DNA from: Perkinsela sp. CCAP 1560/9
Taxonomy: Eukaryota; Protista; Euglenozoa: Kinetoplastea
Length of the DNA: 64,000 nucleotides
Reading direction: 5' to 3'
Assembly (NCBI GenBank): GCA_965644495.1
Contig: CBFFSA010000001.1
Span: 124,001-188,000 of the forward strand
The notes under the pieces: generated by a model
Told to the model about the DNA's origin: nothing
Databases searched by the model: none
What the model saw: the letters and a program-made list of their open reading frames with translations, nothing else
Part shown: piece after piece, positions 1 to 10,544 of the stretch
Numbering within the stretch: position 1 is the stretch's first letter
Layout: the number at the start of each line of letters is the position of its first letter
Position numbers and translations under genes: made by a program

Positions 1-69
1 TCAATACCTAGACGCTCAGACAGCAACCCAGAAAGTCGCGCTGAATTTGTTGAGTCTCACTATAAGGAG

Positions 70-801
70 GTGGAGGCTGGAAAGCGGGTATACAAGCGGG
101 TGTATGAATGTCAACTCTGCAATGCACCGGACAAGCGGAAATTTTTTTGCGAAAAAGGTATTCGCACGTCATACTCTTCTGCCCTGAGCCATATAGAAAA
201 GATTCATAAAAAAACATTCGAAGCATGGCTGCAGGAGAAGCGAGCCAGAAAGCGCGAGACGGAAAATACTGTTGACAGATTGATGTCAAGTCCAATAAAG
301 CTTTCGAAGGTGTTCGAAAAGATAATCAAATGGAAGTGTGATCATGGAGTGTCGAAAGCGGCCATTCAGGATCCACTTTTCAAATGGTTGATGAACGTGG
401 GTTCGTCCTTTGTACCTTGTGAGAAAACAATGAACAGTTTCACGCTCCAAGTAAAAGACAACTGCCGCGCTGAAATGAGCGCTCTCCTTCGTAATTTTGT
501 AACAATTGCTGCAGACACTGGTACTTCCCATGGTCGAACAACGTGTTCAGTATGCGTTCTGAGTTCGGGAAATGCCACAAGCTGGAGTCTCGCGGACCTC
601 TGCGGAAGAATTCAAAATAAAACAAACCGATACCGAGTTGTGCACCGAAATACGAGATACTATCATCCCAAGATGGGGACGTGTGAAATTAACGGTATTA
701 AACAAATAAAGTGCAAAAGCTCGACTGCTGAGATGGCGCGTGAAATTGTGCTGGATGTGGCAGCAATTCACTCGGACTTTCGTCTAGAAAGTGCGCAGTA
801 A
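70..801 (+). mobile_element. hAT-like transposase relic (BED zinc finger plus first catalytic Asp region), truncated
   Basis: CQLC...HIEKIH BED-type finger; 'FVTIAADTGTSHGR' resembles the hAT first-D motif; sequence after it loses similarity; GTG start near the window edge. Confidence 0.55.
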
Positions 802-1005
802 AAAGAACGAGCCGTGGCAGAGCCTTCTTTGGTAAAAAACTATGTAACCTGAGATTTTGAGTCTGTGCGCATTTTTTTTCGTTTTATTTTTAGCTTCTGA
901 CATTTTTGCATTCTGACTTTCGCCTAGAAAGCGAACAGTAAAATGAGCGAGCTGTGCGCAGAGCCTTCTTTGATTAAAATATTGTAACCTGAGATGTTGC
1001 GTTTC
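765..1005. repeat. Imperfect direct repeat, period about 140 bp
   Basis: GACTTTCGYCTAGAAAG...CAGAGCCTTCTTTG...TGTAACCTGAGAT occurs at ~776-855 and again at ~915-994. Confidence 0.7.
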
Positions 1006-1800
1006 AATAAATTTCGTCACTCATCCATACAACAAGAGGTATACGTATATACCTGTTTTTAACCTTATCGTGAGCAAATAAATATGTATCTTTGCTTATG
1101 GTAAAATGCTGTTGTTTTAGATGACCAGTCAATAATAATAAATTTCTTACTCTTCCTTTTGATAACATTGACTAATCTCTTCTTACACCTTCTCTATACT
1201 TTTGATGCGCATGGCTTGTCAACGATGATTAGAGCAGGCCTGGAACGCCTGAAGTGTTTTCCACATCTGATGCTGATGAAACTTGATCGTCATGTTCTGC
1301 CTGAAAACTATAGCTCTGCAAGATTTTTTCTATATATATTTTAGGTAAGCAGAAAAACCATTCCCTCCAACAAGGCATACTCTCCCCGATCCGAGCACCC
1401 AGATTGCACAGATTTCCCACCCGAATTTCACAAAAAGTCGACCTCTAAAAATATAGGTACATAAAGCTTTAAAGGTACTATAGGTATTTTATAGTAACTA
1501 TATTTATTTTTTCTACCTATATATAAACTATATAAAGTTATTCGGACCCCTGCTATAATTATAATTATAAATTCAAAGAAGTTATAATTTATACTTATAA
1601 TTACTTATGGAGGGGGGAGTACCTACAGTGTAGGCGAGATCATTTAGTAATGTGTATTGTAACTTCATTAAAGCCAAGTGTCTGTCTTGGTTGTATACCT
1701 TAGCTTTTATTTGCTAGTAAACAACGATAAAAAGAAGAGATAATAGTAAAAAAGAAGGGAGCAAGAATAATTACGCGCGTTATTTTTTTCTGCCTGTATA

Positions 1801-2787
1801 ATGAAGCGAGCTCGTTTATCTCACGGAACTTCTTCGATTCGAGCGAAGTCGAGGAAGCGGAGCAAAAATGAATTTGGGGATACAAAACTCATTGAAAACG
1901 AGAACAGCGTTAACAGCGGTTTGGTCTACAATAAGGGCCACGGTCAACATATTTTGAAGAATCCTTTAGTTTTACAAGCGATTGTGGATAAGGCGGGTAT
2001 CAAACCTACTGACGTTGTACTTGAAATTGGGCCAGGCACAGGAAACCTTACCGAGAAGCTTTTAGGAGTTGCGAAAAAAGTTATCGCTTTTGAAATAGAT
2101 AGCAGAATGGTTGCCGAACTGAGGAAGCGCTTTCAGAGTGCAACAATAGGAAGAAAATTAGAGGTCATTGAAGGGGATTGCCTACGACAGAATTTTCCCT
2201 ATTTCGACAAGTGCGTAGCCAATACGCCTTATGCAATAAGTAGCGCGCTGGTTTTTAAGCTACTTCGAGGTAGCACGAGTGGCGCTTTCAGAGCCGCCGT
2301 GCTAATGTTTCAAAAGGAATTCGCACAGAGGCTGGTAGCGAAACCAGGAGATGAACAATACAGCCGATTAAGCGTCAATACGCAGCTACTTGCGAAGTGT
2401 TCTCACTTGATGAAAATCAGTAAAAACAGCTTTGACCCACCTCCCCAAGTGGAGAGCTCGGTCGTGAGGTTAGAGCCGCGGCGTCCAGCTCCTAAAGTAG
2501 ACTTTGATGAATGGGACGGCCTAATGAAATTGCTTTTTAACCGCAAGAACAGGAAAGTTTGCTCTCTCTTGTCGTCTAAAAATATTCGAAGTAATTTGTA
2601 CCGCATACATCGAAGTCATAGCACGATGAAGGAAAGCGCCCCTATTGACGAAGATGTGTTCAATAGAAGAATCTCCGTTTTACTCTCGGGACCTTCGCTA
2701 TGTAATCTTCGAGCCCGGCGCATGACACAAGACGATTTCGCCATGCTTCTTGCAAAATTTCATGAACAGCACGTTTATTTTTCTTAA
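1801..2787 (+). CDS. DIM1: 18S rRNA dimethyladenosine transferase (Dim1/KsgA family)
   Basis: GQHILKNP, VLEIGPGTG SAM motif, CVANTPY, MFQKEFAQRL, YSRLSVN, PPPQVESSVVR. Confidence 0.97.
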   Translation: MKRARLSHGTSSIRAKSRKRSKNEFGDTKLIENENSVNSGLVYNKGHGQHILKNPLVLQAIVDKAGIKPTDVVLEIGPGTGNLTEKLLGVAKKVIAFEIDSRMVAELRKRFQSATIGRKLEVIEGDCLRQNFPYFDKCVANTPYAISSALVFKLLRGSTSGAFRAAVLMFQKEFAQRLVAKPGDEQYSRLSVNTQLLAKCSHLMKISKNSFDPPPQVESSVVRLEPRRPAPKVDFDEWDGLMKLLFNRKNRKVCSLLSSKNIRSNLYRIHRSHSTMKESAPIDEDVFNRRISVLLSGPSLCNLRARRMTQDDFAMLLAKFHEQHVYFS

Positions 2788-2996
2788 AACTTGTTTTTAC
2801 CTTTTTTGGTTAATTGCCTTCGAAAAAGCATACCTTGGTTCACGAACCAATGAAACTGGTATCACTTTTTAAAAGTGATGAGCACCACCTACACATAAAA
2901 TGTGATACAACTGTCACAGTTGATACACAGTCAGTGTATCAACCACATGCTTAGTGTAGTACTGTTAACTATTTCGTTTTCGCATTGTAACCATTT

Positions 2997-4244
2997 GGTA
3001 AATTGAACAAGAATTCGTTTTCTTTATATTTTTTAAAAATTTCTTCTATTTATGCAAGAAAGAAAGTTGCTTCATACACTTGTTTCGCCGCACCTCTCAC
3101 GTGCTTACTCGTGCTTTTCCGACTTTCTCACACCTCTTTGTGTAGCCAATATATTAAACATCAATAGTTTCACCGAAATACCGAAGATTTTCCAGCATAC
3201 GAGGTAAAACGTCGGTACCATTTTTCCTCAACTTTCCATTTCTTTTCTCAGCTAAAGTTCGTACTCGACTGCCTCGCTTTTCATCCACCCGACCGAGTAC
3301 GCCCCTTTCACGTTTGAGCGTCTTCTTCACAAGTGAATTGGCCGATTCAACTGTGTTTGTATGAACGCCTTCTTGGGTTACCAACCCGCGTCGGTGCACC
3401 ACCTTTTTCCACTTGTATCCTTGCAGTTGCAGATTATGACGTGCTGAGTCAGTCCAGATCCTAGTTCTGAACCCCGCTGTCAGAGCTTCGATGTTTGGAA
3501 TAAGTGAGGCTGTGCTTCGATCAGGGACAACGTCCATAAGTATTTCAGAGATTTTATTTTGTCTGGTCATTTCAACTATAGTTTAAGCGACTTGCGACCC
3601 ATCACGTCTGACACGTCGAGTGCAATTGCTGTCTCCCCGCTTCCTCATTGAGAAGACTGTTTCATCGCACTGTATGGAGTTCAATGTTCCGTGGCGACGA
3701 ATTCTTGGGGGTACGTGTATTGTCCCGATCAATGATCATCATAAAATCCAACGCTTCGCGCAGCCTGACCATGATCGTCACACTTAAGCCCGTCTCCTCC
3801 GCTGATACTGCATGTGGCTCGCCACGGGAACACAAAATAATAAATTTCAGAATTTGTTGTGCAGTGCGTTTCGCATTCCCTGGAACCAGAGACTCAAGAA
3901 TGTCGTACACCCTTGTACACCTTTTAGTACACCGCCACTTCCCGTCGCTCAATCGCATTTCCAATGGCGAGGAGTGACTTCGCTTGTTGCGTGTCACGTT
4001 CCTTACAACAAGATCATGGCATTTAACCGGTGTCTACATTGAGTCTCTGACCACTTTGCCACCTTACTAATACTCAGCTTCCGACGGCACGCGTATCCCC
4101 GACACTCCCGACACAACCATGTGAGGAATTCAGAAAAACGTAAATTTTTTTTCCTAAAAAGTGCACGGATATTTTCCGTTTTTCCTCGTTTTTCTCAATA
4201 TTTGTGACCAAATTTTTGAAAAGCGAATTCTCGTTCAATTTCCC
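2997..4244 (-). mobile_element. Degenerate Merlin/IS1595-family DNA transposon with ~24-bp imperfect TIRs
   Basis: TIRs GGTAAATTGAACAAGAATTCGTTT / AAGCGAATTCTCGTTCAATTTCCC; minus-strand fragments 3662-3997 and 3154-3570 contain WTDS and GVHTNTVES motifs of IS1595-type transposases; ORF broken; no clean TSD. Confidence 0.85.
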
Positions 4245-4287
4245 CTAACTTTTCAATACCTGTTTTAATGTTTATGATGTTGCTTTA

Positions 4288-5520
4288 ATGAGTATTTGGT
4301 TGGATGAACAGTGTGTTTCGTACGATTGGCGTAACAGAATTCGTGCTTTTAGCCGAGAGGACTTTCCATCATTTTGTGAAACCATATTCAGAATGGGTGA
4401 GCATGTTTCCGATTCGTCAAAATGTGATAATGTGCTTTTAGGTACGGTTCAGAAGAACTATTTTCTGGCGTTTTTCTTTAGGAAGTGGCGACAAAGTGGG
4501 TTTCCGCGTCATCTACGATTACCAGTACCAGAGATACGGCAAAGATTAAATTGCATGCTCGAAGGGAATCTAACTCACCTTGCTCGTATGGAATTCGAAC
4601 TATTCGCTAGAGATGTTGAACATCATCGTGTTCGGCGAATCAAGGAGTTCTGCACCGCAGCATCTTGGAATCGTGCAGAAGTGAAAAATACCATTTTATC
4701 TTATCCAATTTCCATTAGACCTGAGAAAAATTCGAGTGCATCTTATATTGCAGAATGGGTGACAAAATATTTAGAGGATCGGTCTGCAGAAGAGTGCCAA
4801 ATATCTCAAATCAGTTTCAGTTTACGTGACCCACTTACTCGCAAGCGTATTGATGTCGCAGTGAGAAGCCTCTCTTGTGCTCACATGCAACCGTTTGACT
4901 TAGACACTTTTCTTGCGTACTACGAACGTAGTCAGGCTTTGCAAACGGAACATCAGAATACTCATTGCGCATGTCCCGTGTGCAACAAAGTGATTTTATT
5001 GACCGATGTGCATCACGAGCCTATTCTTGATTTTCTTATTGAAGATCTGCACGAGGACGGCGATTTTGTATTGGTCAATAAAAATGGATATTTCAGTATA
5101 TCTGGGCTCACTGCAACTTACAATATTGATAAAGTTGAGTGCGAAAACAAAGAAAATGGGAATGCACAGGCTAACTTGGCTACGGCGACTGCTTCCAGTC
5201 ACATTATCAGTTGTCATAATCCCGGTCTCCAGGACATAGAAGAAAACGACGAGAAATGCCTAGAAAAGGAACCCTCTGAAATTGCTTGCATTCAAGAAGA
5301 AATGAGTCTGAGTCAAGCAAATGTTATACAAGCGTATAGTCAACATGCAATAAAAACAAATGCCAACTTGTTGGACCACACGTATCTTGACGTTTCCACA
5401 AAGGATCATGAGGTGGAATCAATAGCGAAAAAACATGTGGATGAACTAGAACATTCGGAGCTTTCCCCTATAAAAACGGCAGAGTCAGTGGGGTGTGGAA
5501 GGAAAAGGCATAGAAAATAG
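4288..5520 (+). CDS. SP-RING (MIZ) zinc-finger protein, SIZ/PIAS-type SUMO E3 ligase
   Basis: SFSLRDPLTRKRIDVAVRSLSCAHMQPFDL...CPVCNK matches the zf-MIZ pattern. Confidence 0.85.
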   Translation: MSIWLDEQCVSYDWRNRIRAFSREDFPSFCETIFRMGEHVSDSSKCDNVLLGTVQKNYFLAFFFRKWRQSGFPRHLRLPVPEIRQRLNCMLEGNLTHLARMEFELFARDVEHHRVRRIKEFCTAASWNRAEVKNTILSYPISIRPEKNSSASYIAEWVTKYLEDRSAEECQISQISFSLRDPLTRKRIDVAVRSLSCAHMQPFDLDTFLAYYERSQALQTEHQNTHCACPVCNKVILLTDVHHEPILDFLIEDLHEDGDFVLVNKNGYFSISGLTATYNIDKVECENKENGNAQANLATATASSHIISCHNPGLQDIEENDEKCLEKEPSEIACIQEEMSLSQANVIQAYSQHAIKTNANLLDHTYLDVSTKDHEVESIAKKHVDELEHSELSPIKTAESVGCGRKRHRK

Positions 5521-6096
5521 TGAATTCGCAGGAAACGGATGCCGCGGTGCGCGTGAATTCGTACTGCGAAGCATCTTTTGTTGCAACGGAACACAGTAGA
5601 TCGGTAAAATATTTCACCTTCTACAATCTTCACGTCGTAACTGAAAAGGAATGAATTCGAACGCCCACGTACGTGTACTTTGAGCACGAATCATCATCAG
5701 TCAATACGTTTGTGTCATCGCGACCTCCTCAAGATGACACAGATTTTGAGTGTTCCAAATGGAATGTAGGGGTGGTTCGGTTTAAATATTTTTACAAGGG
5801 TCTGAAAATATATTTTTTTATATTTTCAGACCCTTTTTATATTTTACTGTCCCCCCCTACTTATGCGCAACCGTTTGACCCGGCCACTTAAGCGCAATTT
5901 TGACGCATCGTTCAGAATAACAGCGCCGCAAAGCGGCGCGATTTTTTTTTGGGGGGTACGAATTTTTGTACAGATTTTCGCCGCTATTGAAATGGAGAGT
6001 GCAAGTAGTCCCTTTGGGGCGTTCGAGAATTATCTTCATCGATCTCTAGAGATCTCTGATCCACACTGACCACCGATCTGTACGGTGAGTCTGCAT

Positions 6097-6296
6097 NNNN
6101 NNNNNNNNNNNNNNNNNNNNNNNNNNNNNNNNNNNNNNNNNNNNNNNNNNNNNNNNNNNNNNNNNNNNNNNNNNNNNNNNNNNNNNNNNNNNNNNNNNNN
6201 NNNNNNNNNNNNNNNNNNNNNNNNNNNNNNNNNNNNNNNNNNNNNNNNNNNNNNNNNNNNNNNNNNNNNNNNNNNNNNNNNNNNNNNNNNNNNNNN
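6097..6296. other. Assembly gap (200 N)
   Basis: Run of N. Confidence 1.
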
Positions 6297-6537
6297 ATTT
6301 TCGTGCTGTTTTCATGATGTAAACGTAACACTATAAGGGCATTGCAGTACACTAACTCTTTTACTATAAATCTTTATTATTGAGTTCATGTAGAGTATCC
6401 CGATTATCCTTGCAAATGTTCTAATGATTCATATATCTCGACTTACACGTGCTTGGCATTACATACACCCTAAATCAGGAAAGCCCGTTAAGCAACCCAG
6501 ACAACACGGCGACCCTAGGTATATCAATAATGAAGCT
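6297..6537 (+). repeat. 241-bp identical copy of 23127-23367 (upstream region and 5' end of the uL16m gene)
   Basis: Direct comparison; identity ends at ...AATGAAGCT. Confidence 0.95.
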
Positions 6538-7559
6538 ACCTTGGCGACCCTTGATAAAAACTTCTTCTAACTTCACGCGGAATACATCCGAAACTTTGGC
6601 TTTTGGAATGGCCGCGGTTCCAACCCATTCATGTACCTCAGACACTATCGCGCCACATAAATCATTCTTATACATGCAACGACCCGTGTCAGAAGAATGG
6701 GACATCGCTTTTGATATCGACTTTTGAGGACCGTAGAGGAAGAAGGGGGAGAAAGGCACAAAGCAGAAAGCGGATTGCTAGGGGGGATAGTATATAAAAA
6801 GCAACCCCGAAGGGTACCCCGCGTATATAACTCATGATAGAAACACGCGTCGCGAAGCGGCGCGAATTTATTTTTTCACTCTTTTTTGACCCGGCTACTT
6901 ATGCGCAATTTTAGGCCAAAACCTGGTTGCGTTTAAGTGGGGGGGGGGACAGTATATTGTATGCTGTCCCTCCCTGTTTACACTTCAAAGGGGTGAAACC
7001 CCCCTTTATACTAACATCATCCAGACGATGCAAAAATATACCATTTCGCCGGAATCCGCGGACGGATACGCCAAGTTTTTTTTCATACTACTGCCGCAAT
7101 AGCAGTATTTGCATTCTACGTGATGTCACTTCAAACAAGCATATATTCGACTCAAAAATGAAAACAATTTATTGCACTGATCTTTTTACGTTTGGTATTG
7201 CACGCAATCAAAAAGAAGAGTCCTAAAATTCATTATGTCTTCCCTAGGCATTTTTCAAAACAAATTTAGCAGAAGAAGAACCATTTTTTCTTATCTCGAG
7301 CTCGAAAAAGAATCAAGTCAATTGTCTACCGTTACGAAAAAAACTCGTGGTGTAATATACACTCGAAAAAAACTCGTTGTGTATTTCTTATGGATACTTT
7401 TTTCTAATATGAACATGTAAAGAATTATAGATTTTGATATACACTAGCAATCGGCTATACGCCTCCCCCTCGAATTTTGAAAAAGTGAAAAAAACACATG
7501 TACAGTGTATGTGAGGTACGACAAGATAAAAAGATGACTGTTTTTCAATTTCAGTAGTC

Positions 7560-8972
7560 ATGCATCTCTGGTTTTTACTAGTTTGGCTTGTATGGAAATG
7601 TCCACAAAGGTCACTGCTTCTCACTGGGCTCTTAACTAGCGTAGAAGAAAATACTCGAAATCGATTATCGGATCAAGACCACCTAAAGAAAGAGTTAGAG
7701 AATGTCACCACTATCACGTTCGGAAGTTGTAATCGTCCAGACAAAGCTCAATTAATATGGCACGCTGTGTTACAAGATTCCCCAACAGCATGGATGTGGC
7801 TTGGGGATGCAGTCTATGCTGACACGAGAAAATGGTTATTTCGTTTCCAGCCCAGTTCACTGGATCACATGGCGCGTGTATATGAAAAGCAAAAAATGAG
7901 CAAGGAGTATCAAGAACTTTTGAGGAGCAATATTTCGATATTTGGGGTCTGGGATGACCATGACTATGGAATCAATGATGGTGACAGAACATTTTTCAAC
8001 AAAGACGCTTCTCAGAGTCTGTTCTTAGACTTTCTCGACACTCCTATGGATCATCCTATTAGAAGACAAAATGGAGTGTATCGTTTCTACTCACTTGCTC
8101 AGGGGCGCGTGCTGATTATTCTTTTGGACGTGCGCTACTTCAAGGATCCGTATGGTACGTCGGATGGGGATTTCTTGGGAGAAACCCAGTGGGCGTGGCT
8201 ATCCCGTGTTCTAAATGACCAGCCCGGGGATATTGTTCTTATCGGTTCCGGCGTACAAATCATAAGCGATAACAGGCCCACAGAGCACTGGGGTCGCTTT
8301 CCTCGTGCCAGGAAGAGGCTTGTCTCTATTGTAGCGTCCAGCGGTAGGGGTGGCATCCTTTTCCTATCCGGTGACATTCACTTTTCAGAGGTGCATCGCC
8401 TAAACTGCTCACCTTTAGGATATCCTGTGTATGAATTTACATCGAGTGGGATTACTCACCACGTCCCGTCGTGGTTAAGTGCTCTTGTACCTTCTTTGCC
8501 TACACGAATTGCGAGTTACTTCGGTTTGAATTACGGGAAGATTACCATTAAGTGGGAAGAAGGAGAAATTCTACTCGAAATTAAAGATGTAAAGGGATTC
8601 ATCCGGTGGAGTCATACAATTCCCTTTAGTGAACTACATGTTGGACAGCACACAACTAGTGCATGTTTCCGAGAAAGAGATTTGGAAAGACCAAATTTAG
8701 TTTGTGATTTACCTGAGCATTCGCCTCACATACTTCTGTGGGTTATGCAAATACTAGAACGCTCTCGATTTCGACACTTCTGTCCGCCTCGAGAACTCCT
8801 TGCCTGGCTTGTCATAACCATTATTTCGACGGCGCTTTTACTTTTTGGGACAATATTCTATTTTTATAAGAAATCATTTTCTTGCTCACGGGTGGAGTCT
8901 TCCACGCCAATTGAAAGCACGAGACAAGTTACAAGAAAGATGTTGCTGCAACCACGGACTGGTACTGATTAG
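7560..8972 (+). CDS. PhoD-like alkaline phosphatase, signal peptide plus C-terminal TM helix
   Basis: FGSCN, WLGDAVYAD, VWDDHDYG, LLDVRY, LGETQWAWL, LSGDIH, YEFTSSG motifs. Confidence 0.92.
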   Translation: MHLWFLLVWLVWKCPQRSLLLTGLLTSVEENTRNRLSDQDHLKKELENVTTITFGSCNRPDKAQLIWHAVLQDSPTAWMWLGDAVYADTRKWLFRFQPSSLDHMARVYEKQKMSKEYQELLRSNISIFGVWDDHDYGINDGDRTFFNKDASQSLFLDFLDTPMDHPIRRQNGVYRFYSLAQGRVLIILLDVRYFKDPYGTSDGDFLGETQWAWLSRVLNDQPGDIVLIGSGVQIISDNRPTEHWGRFPRARKRLVSIVASSGRGGILFLSGDIHFSEVHRLNCSPLGYPVYEFTSSGITHHVPSWLSALVPSLPTRIASYFGLNYGKITIKWEEGEILLEIKDVKGFIRWSHTIPFSELHVGQHTTSACFRERDLERPNLVCDLPEHSPHILLWVMQILERSRFRHFCPPRELLAWLVITIISTALLLFGTIFYFYKKSFSCSRVESSTPIESTRQVTRKMLLQPRTGTD

Positions 8973-9255
8973 GAGCATACGTCGTCTTCTTGTAAATTGA
9001 AGATGAAAAAGAGTGCTTTTTGATGTGATGTTCGCAGTAGAGGTCAGTAGCGAGTAATTGAACATTCGTCGGAGGGAACATGAGGTCGCCAAATTTCCTC
9101 TTAAGCGACCAACATAGTGGTTTTGTCTTATCCAATCATCATGATAACCCTTTTCCACAATTCTCTATAGGACACTTTTTCTGACGACCATAGGACGGCG
9201 ATGGTGTCGCCAACCTGACTCTCGGCTATTAACCTCGCAATGCGAGAGTCAGAGA

Positions 9256-10323
9256 GTGGGGGAAGCTCATTCATTATGCATTTTGCTGAATAACATTTGC
9301 CAAACGACCTTGAAGCCCTACGAAGAGTCACCGTGCTTTCTTTTCAAAAAAGCGTTCAGTCAGTCCTTTTATTCAGGAGGACGAGCGAGTGCAGCAAAAG
9401 GGAAATACAAGGGAGTTGCTCTGGATCTCGCTCTGGCTCGCTTCGATCAGGGAGTTCTGAAGGCGGAAGAAACCTTCCGTCAATCGTACCATGGCCTTGG
9501 GGAGGATGCCCCAGTTTTCTGCCGTCAACAACTACAATCTACTCTAATCGGATGCCTCGAAAAGCTGAAGGAGGTATCTCCGGACATGTCCAATTCTCTA
9601 ATTGCCACACTGTCATGCAATGTCACGTCATGGTACGAGAAGCATCGCCAGCTTCTTGCTCAGGGACCGAAATTGATTAGTGCTTTGCAAGTAGCGCGTG
9701 AAACTGAGGGTGACGAAACTCCGAGGCTCGGAGGTGTGACGCGCTGGTGTCAGGATAAGTTTACATGTATGCAATTTTTGGCGAAGAATATGGACACAGT
9801 ATCGGCATTTGTGTACAGCGAAAGTGAAAAGGCACGGGCGTCAAAGTCCATTATTAAGTGTAAGCGTTTGCTGGACCGGTACGGAGCTTTGGAAATTAAA
9901 GCAAGCTGCTTTACATTTCTTGAACAATGCAGCGTTTTGCATTCAGCATTGAACAAATTTTCAGACATGTTGGGGAAACCGATGGCAACTCATGTCGGAA
10001 CTACGCTGCAGCTCTTGTTCGAACATAGCGAAAGTGACGAAGCGCCCTCGCGAATGCGGGAAGCACTTCTTTATCACAAGACTCGTCTACAAAAAAATCA
10101 TAATATGCGCTTTTGGAACGATGTTCTCTGGTTCCGTCCCGGATGGATCGTTCAGTTCGCTCGTCCTTGTGGTCTTCTCCCCATCTCGGTAGCTCGAGCA
10201 AATAATGTTTTTGACAAAAAAAAGGGTGGTTGGACGATCTCAAAACGAGATTACGAGGGATTAGCATTAACTGATCCCCTCTGTATCTCTTCACATTCCT
10301 CTTCATCATCACTTAAAAGTTAG
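9256..10323 (+). CDS. Hypothetical protein, possibly hAT-transposase-derived
   Basis: 355-codon ORF with GTG start; 'LGGVTRWC..F.CMQFL..N' resembles the hAT TRW motif; otherwise unrecognised. Confidence 0.35.
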   Translation: MGEAHSLCILLNNICQTTLKPYEESPCFLFKKAFSQSFYSGGRASAAKGKYKGVALDLALARFDQGVLKAEETFRQSYHGLGEDAPVFCRQQLQSTLIGCLEKLKEVSPDMSNSLIATLSCNVTSWYEKHRQLLAQGPKLISALQVARETEGDETPRLGGVTRWCQDKFTCMQFLAKNMDTVSAFVYSESEKARASKSIIKCKRLLDRYGALEIKASCFTFLEQCSVLHSALNKFSDMLGKPMATHVGTTLQLLFEHSESDEAPSRMREALLYHKTRLQKNHNMRFWNDVLWFRPGWIVQFARPCGLLPISVARANNVFDKKKGGWTISKRDYEGLALTDPLCISSHSSSSSLKS

Positions 10324-10544
10324 CTTTCGAGAGATTTACGCATCGTACAAGAGTATTGCGGTGCATCGTTTCAACCCTCAATTGGAATTTGATTTGTTAC
10401 GTTGAGTTGTTGGGCGAAGTCAATCGACGCGCGCACGTACTGTGTTCCTTCATTTGCACACCACCCTTACTCTTTTCTCCTTTCCAGAGCTCTATTTCTC
10501 CCTCCTTTCTCCCTCTCTTTATTTTGCTCTTCTCCCCCCACCCC

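Larger units (their letters stand above)
5847..6952. mobile_element. Non-autonomous pogo-family element (same TIRs as 51173-53340), spans the assembly gap
   Basis: TA|CTGTCCCCCCCTACTTATGCGCAACC ... GGTTGCGTTTAAGTG(n)ACAG|TA; subterminal ACTTAWGCGCAATTTT repeats; N gap 6097-6296 inside. Confidence 0.8.

Noticed and set aside
1377-1632. Possible small MITE (TACTCTCCCC...GGGGGGAGTA)
   Set aside because: Terminal match is too short and degenerate to support
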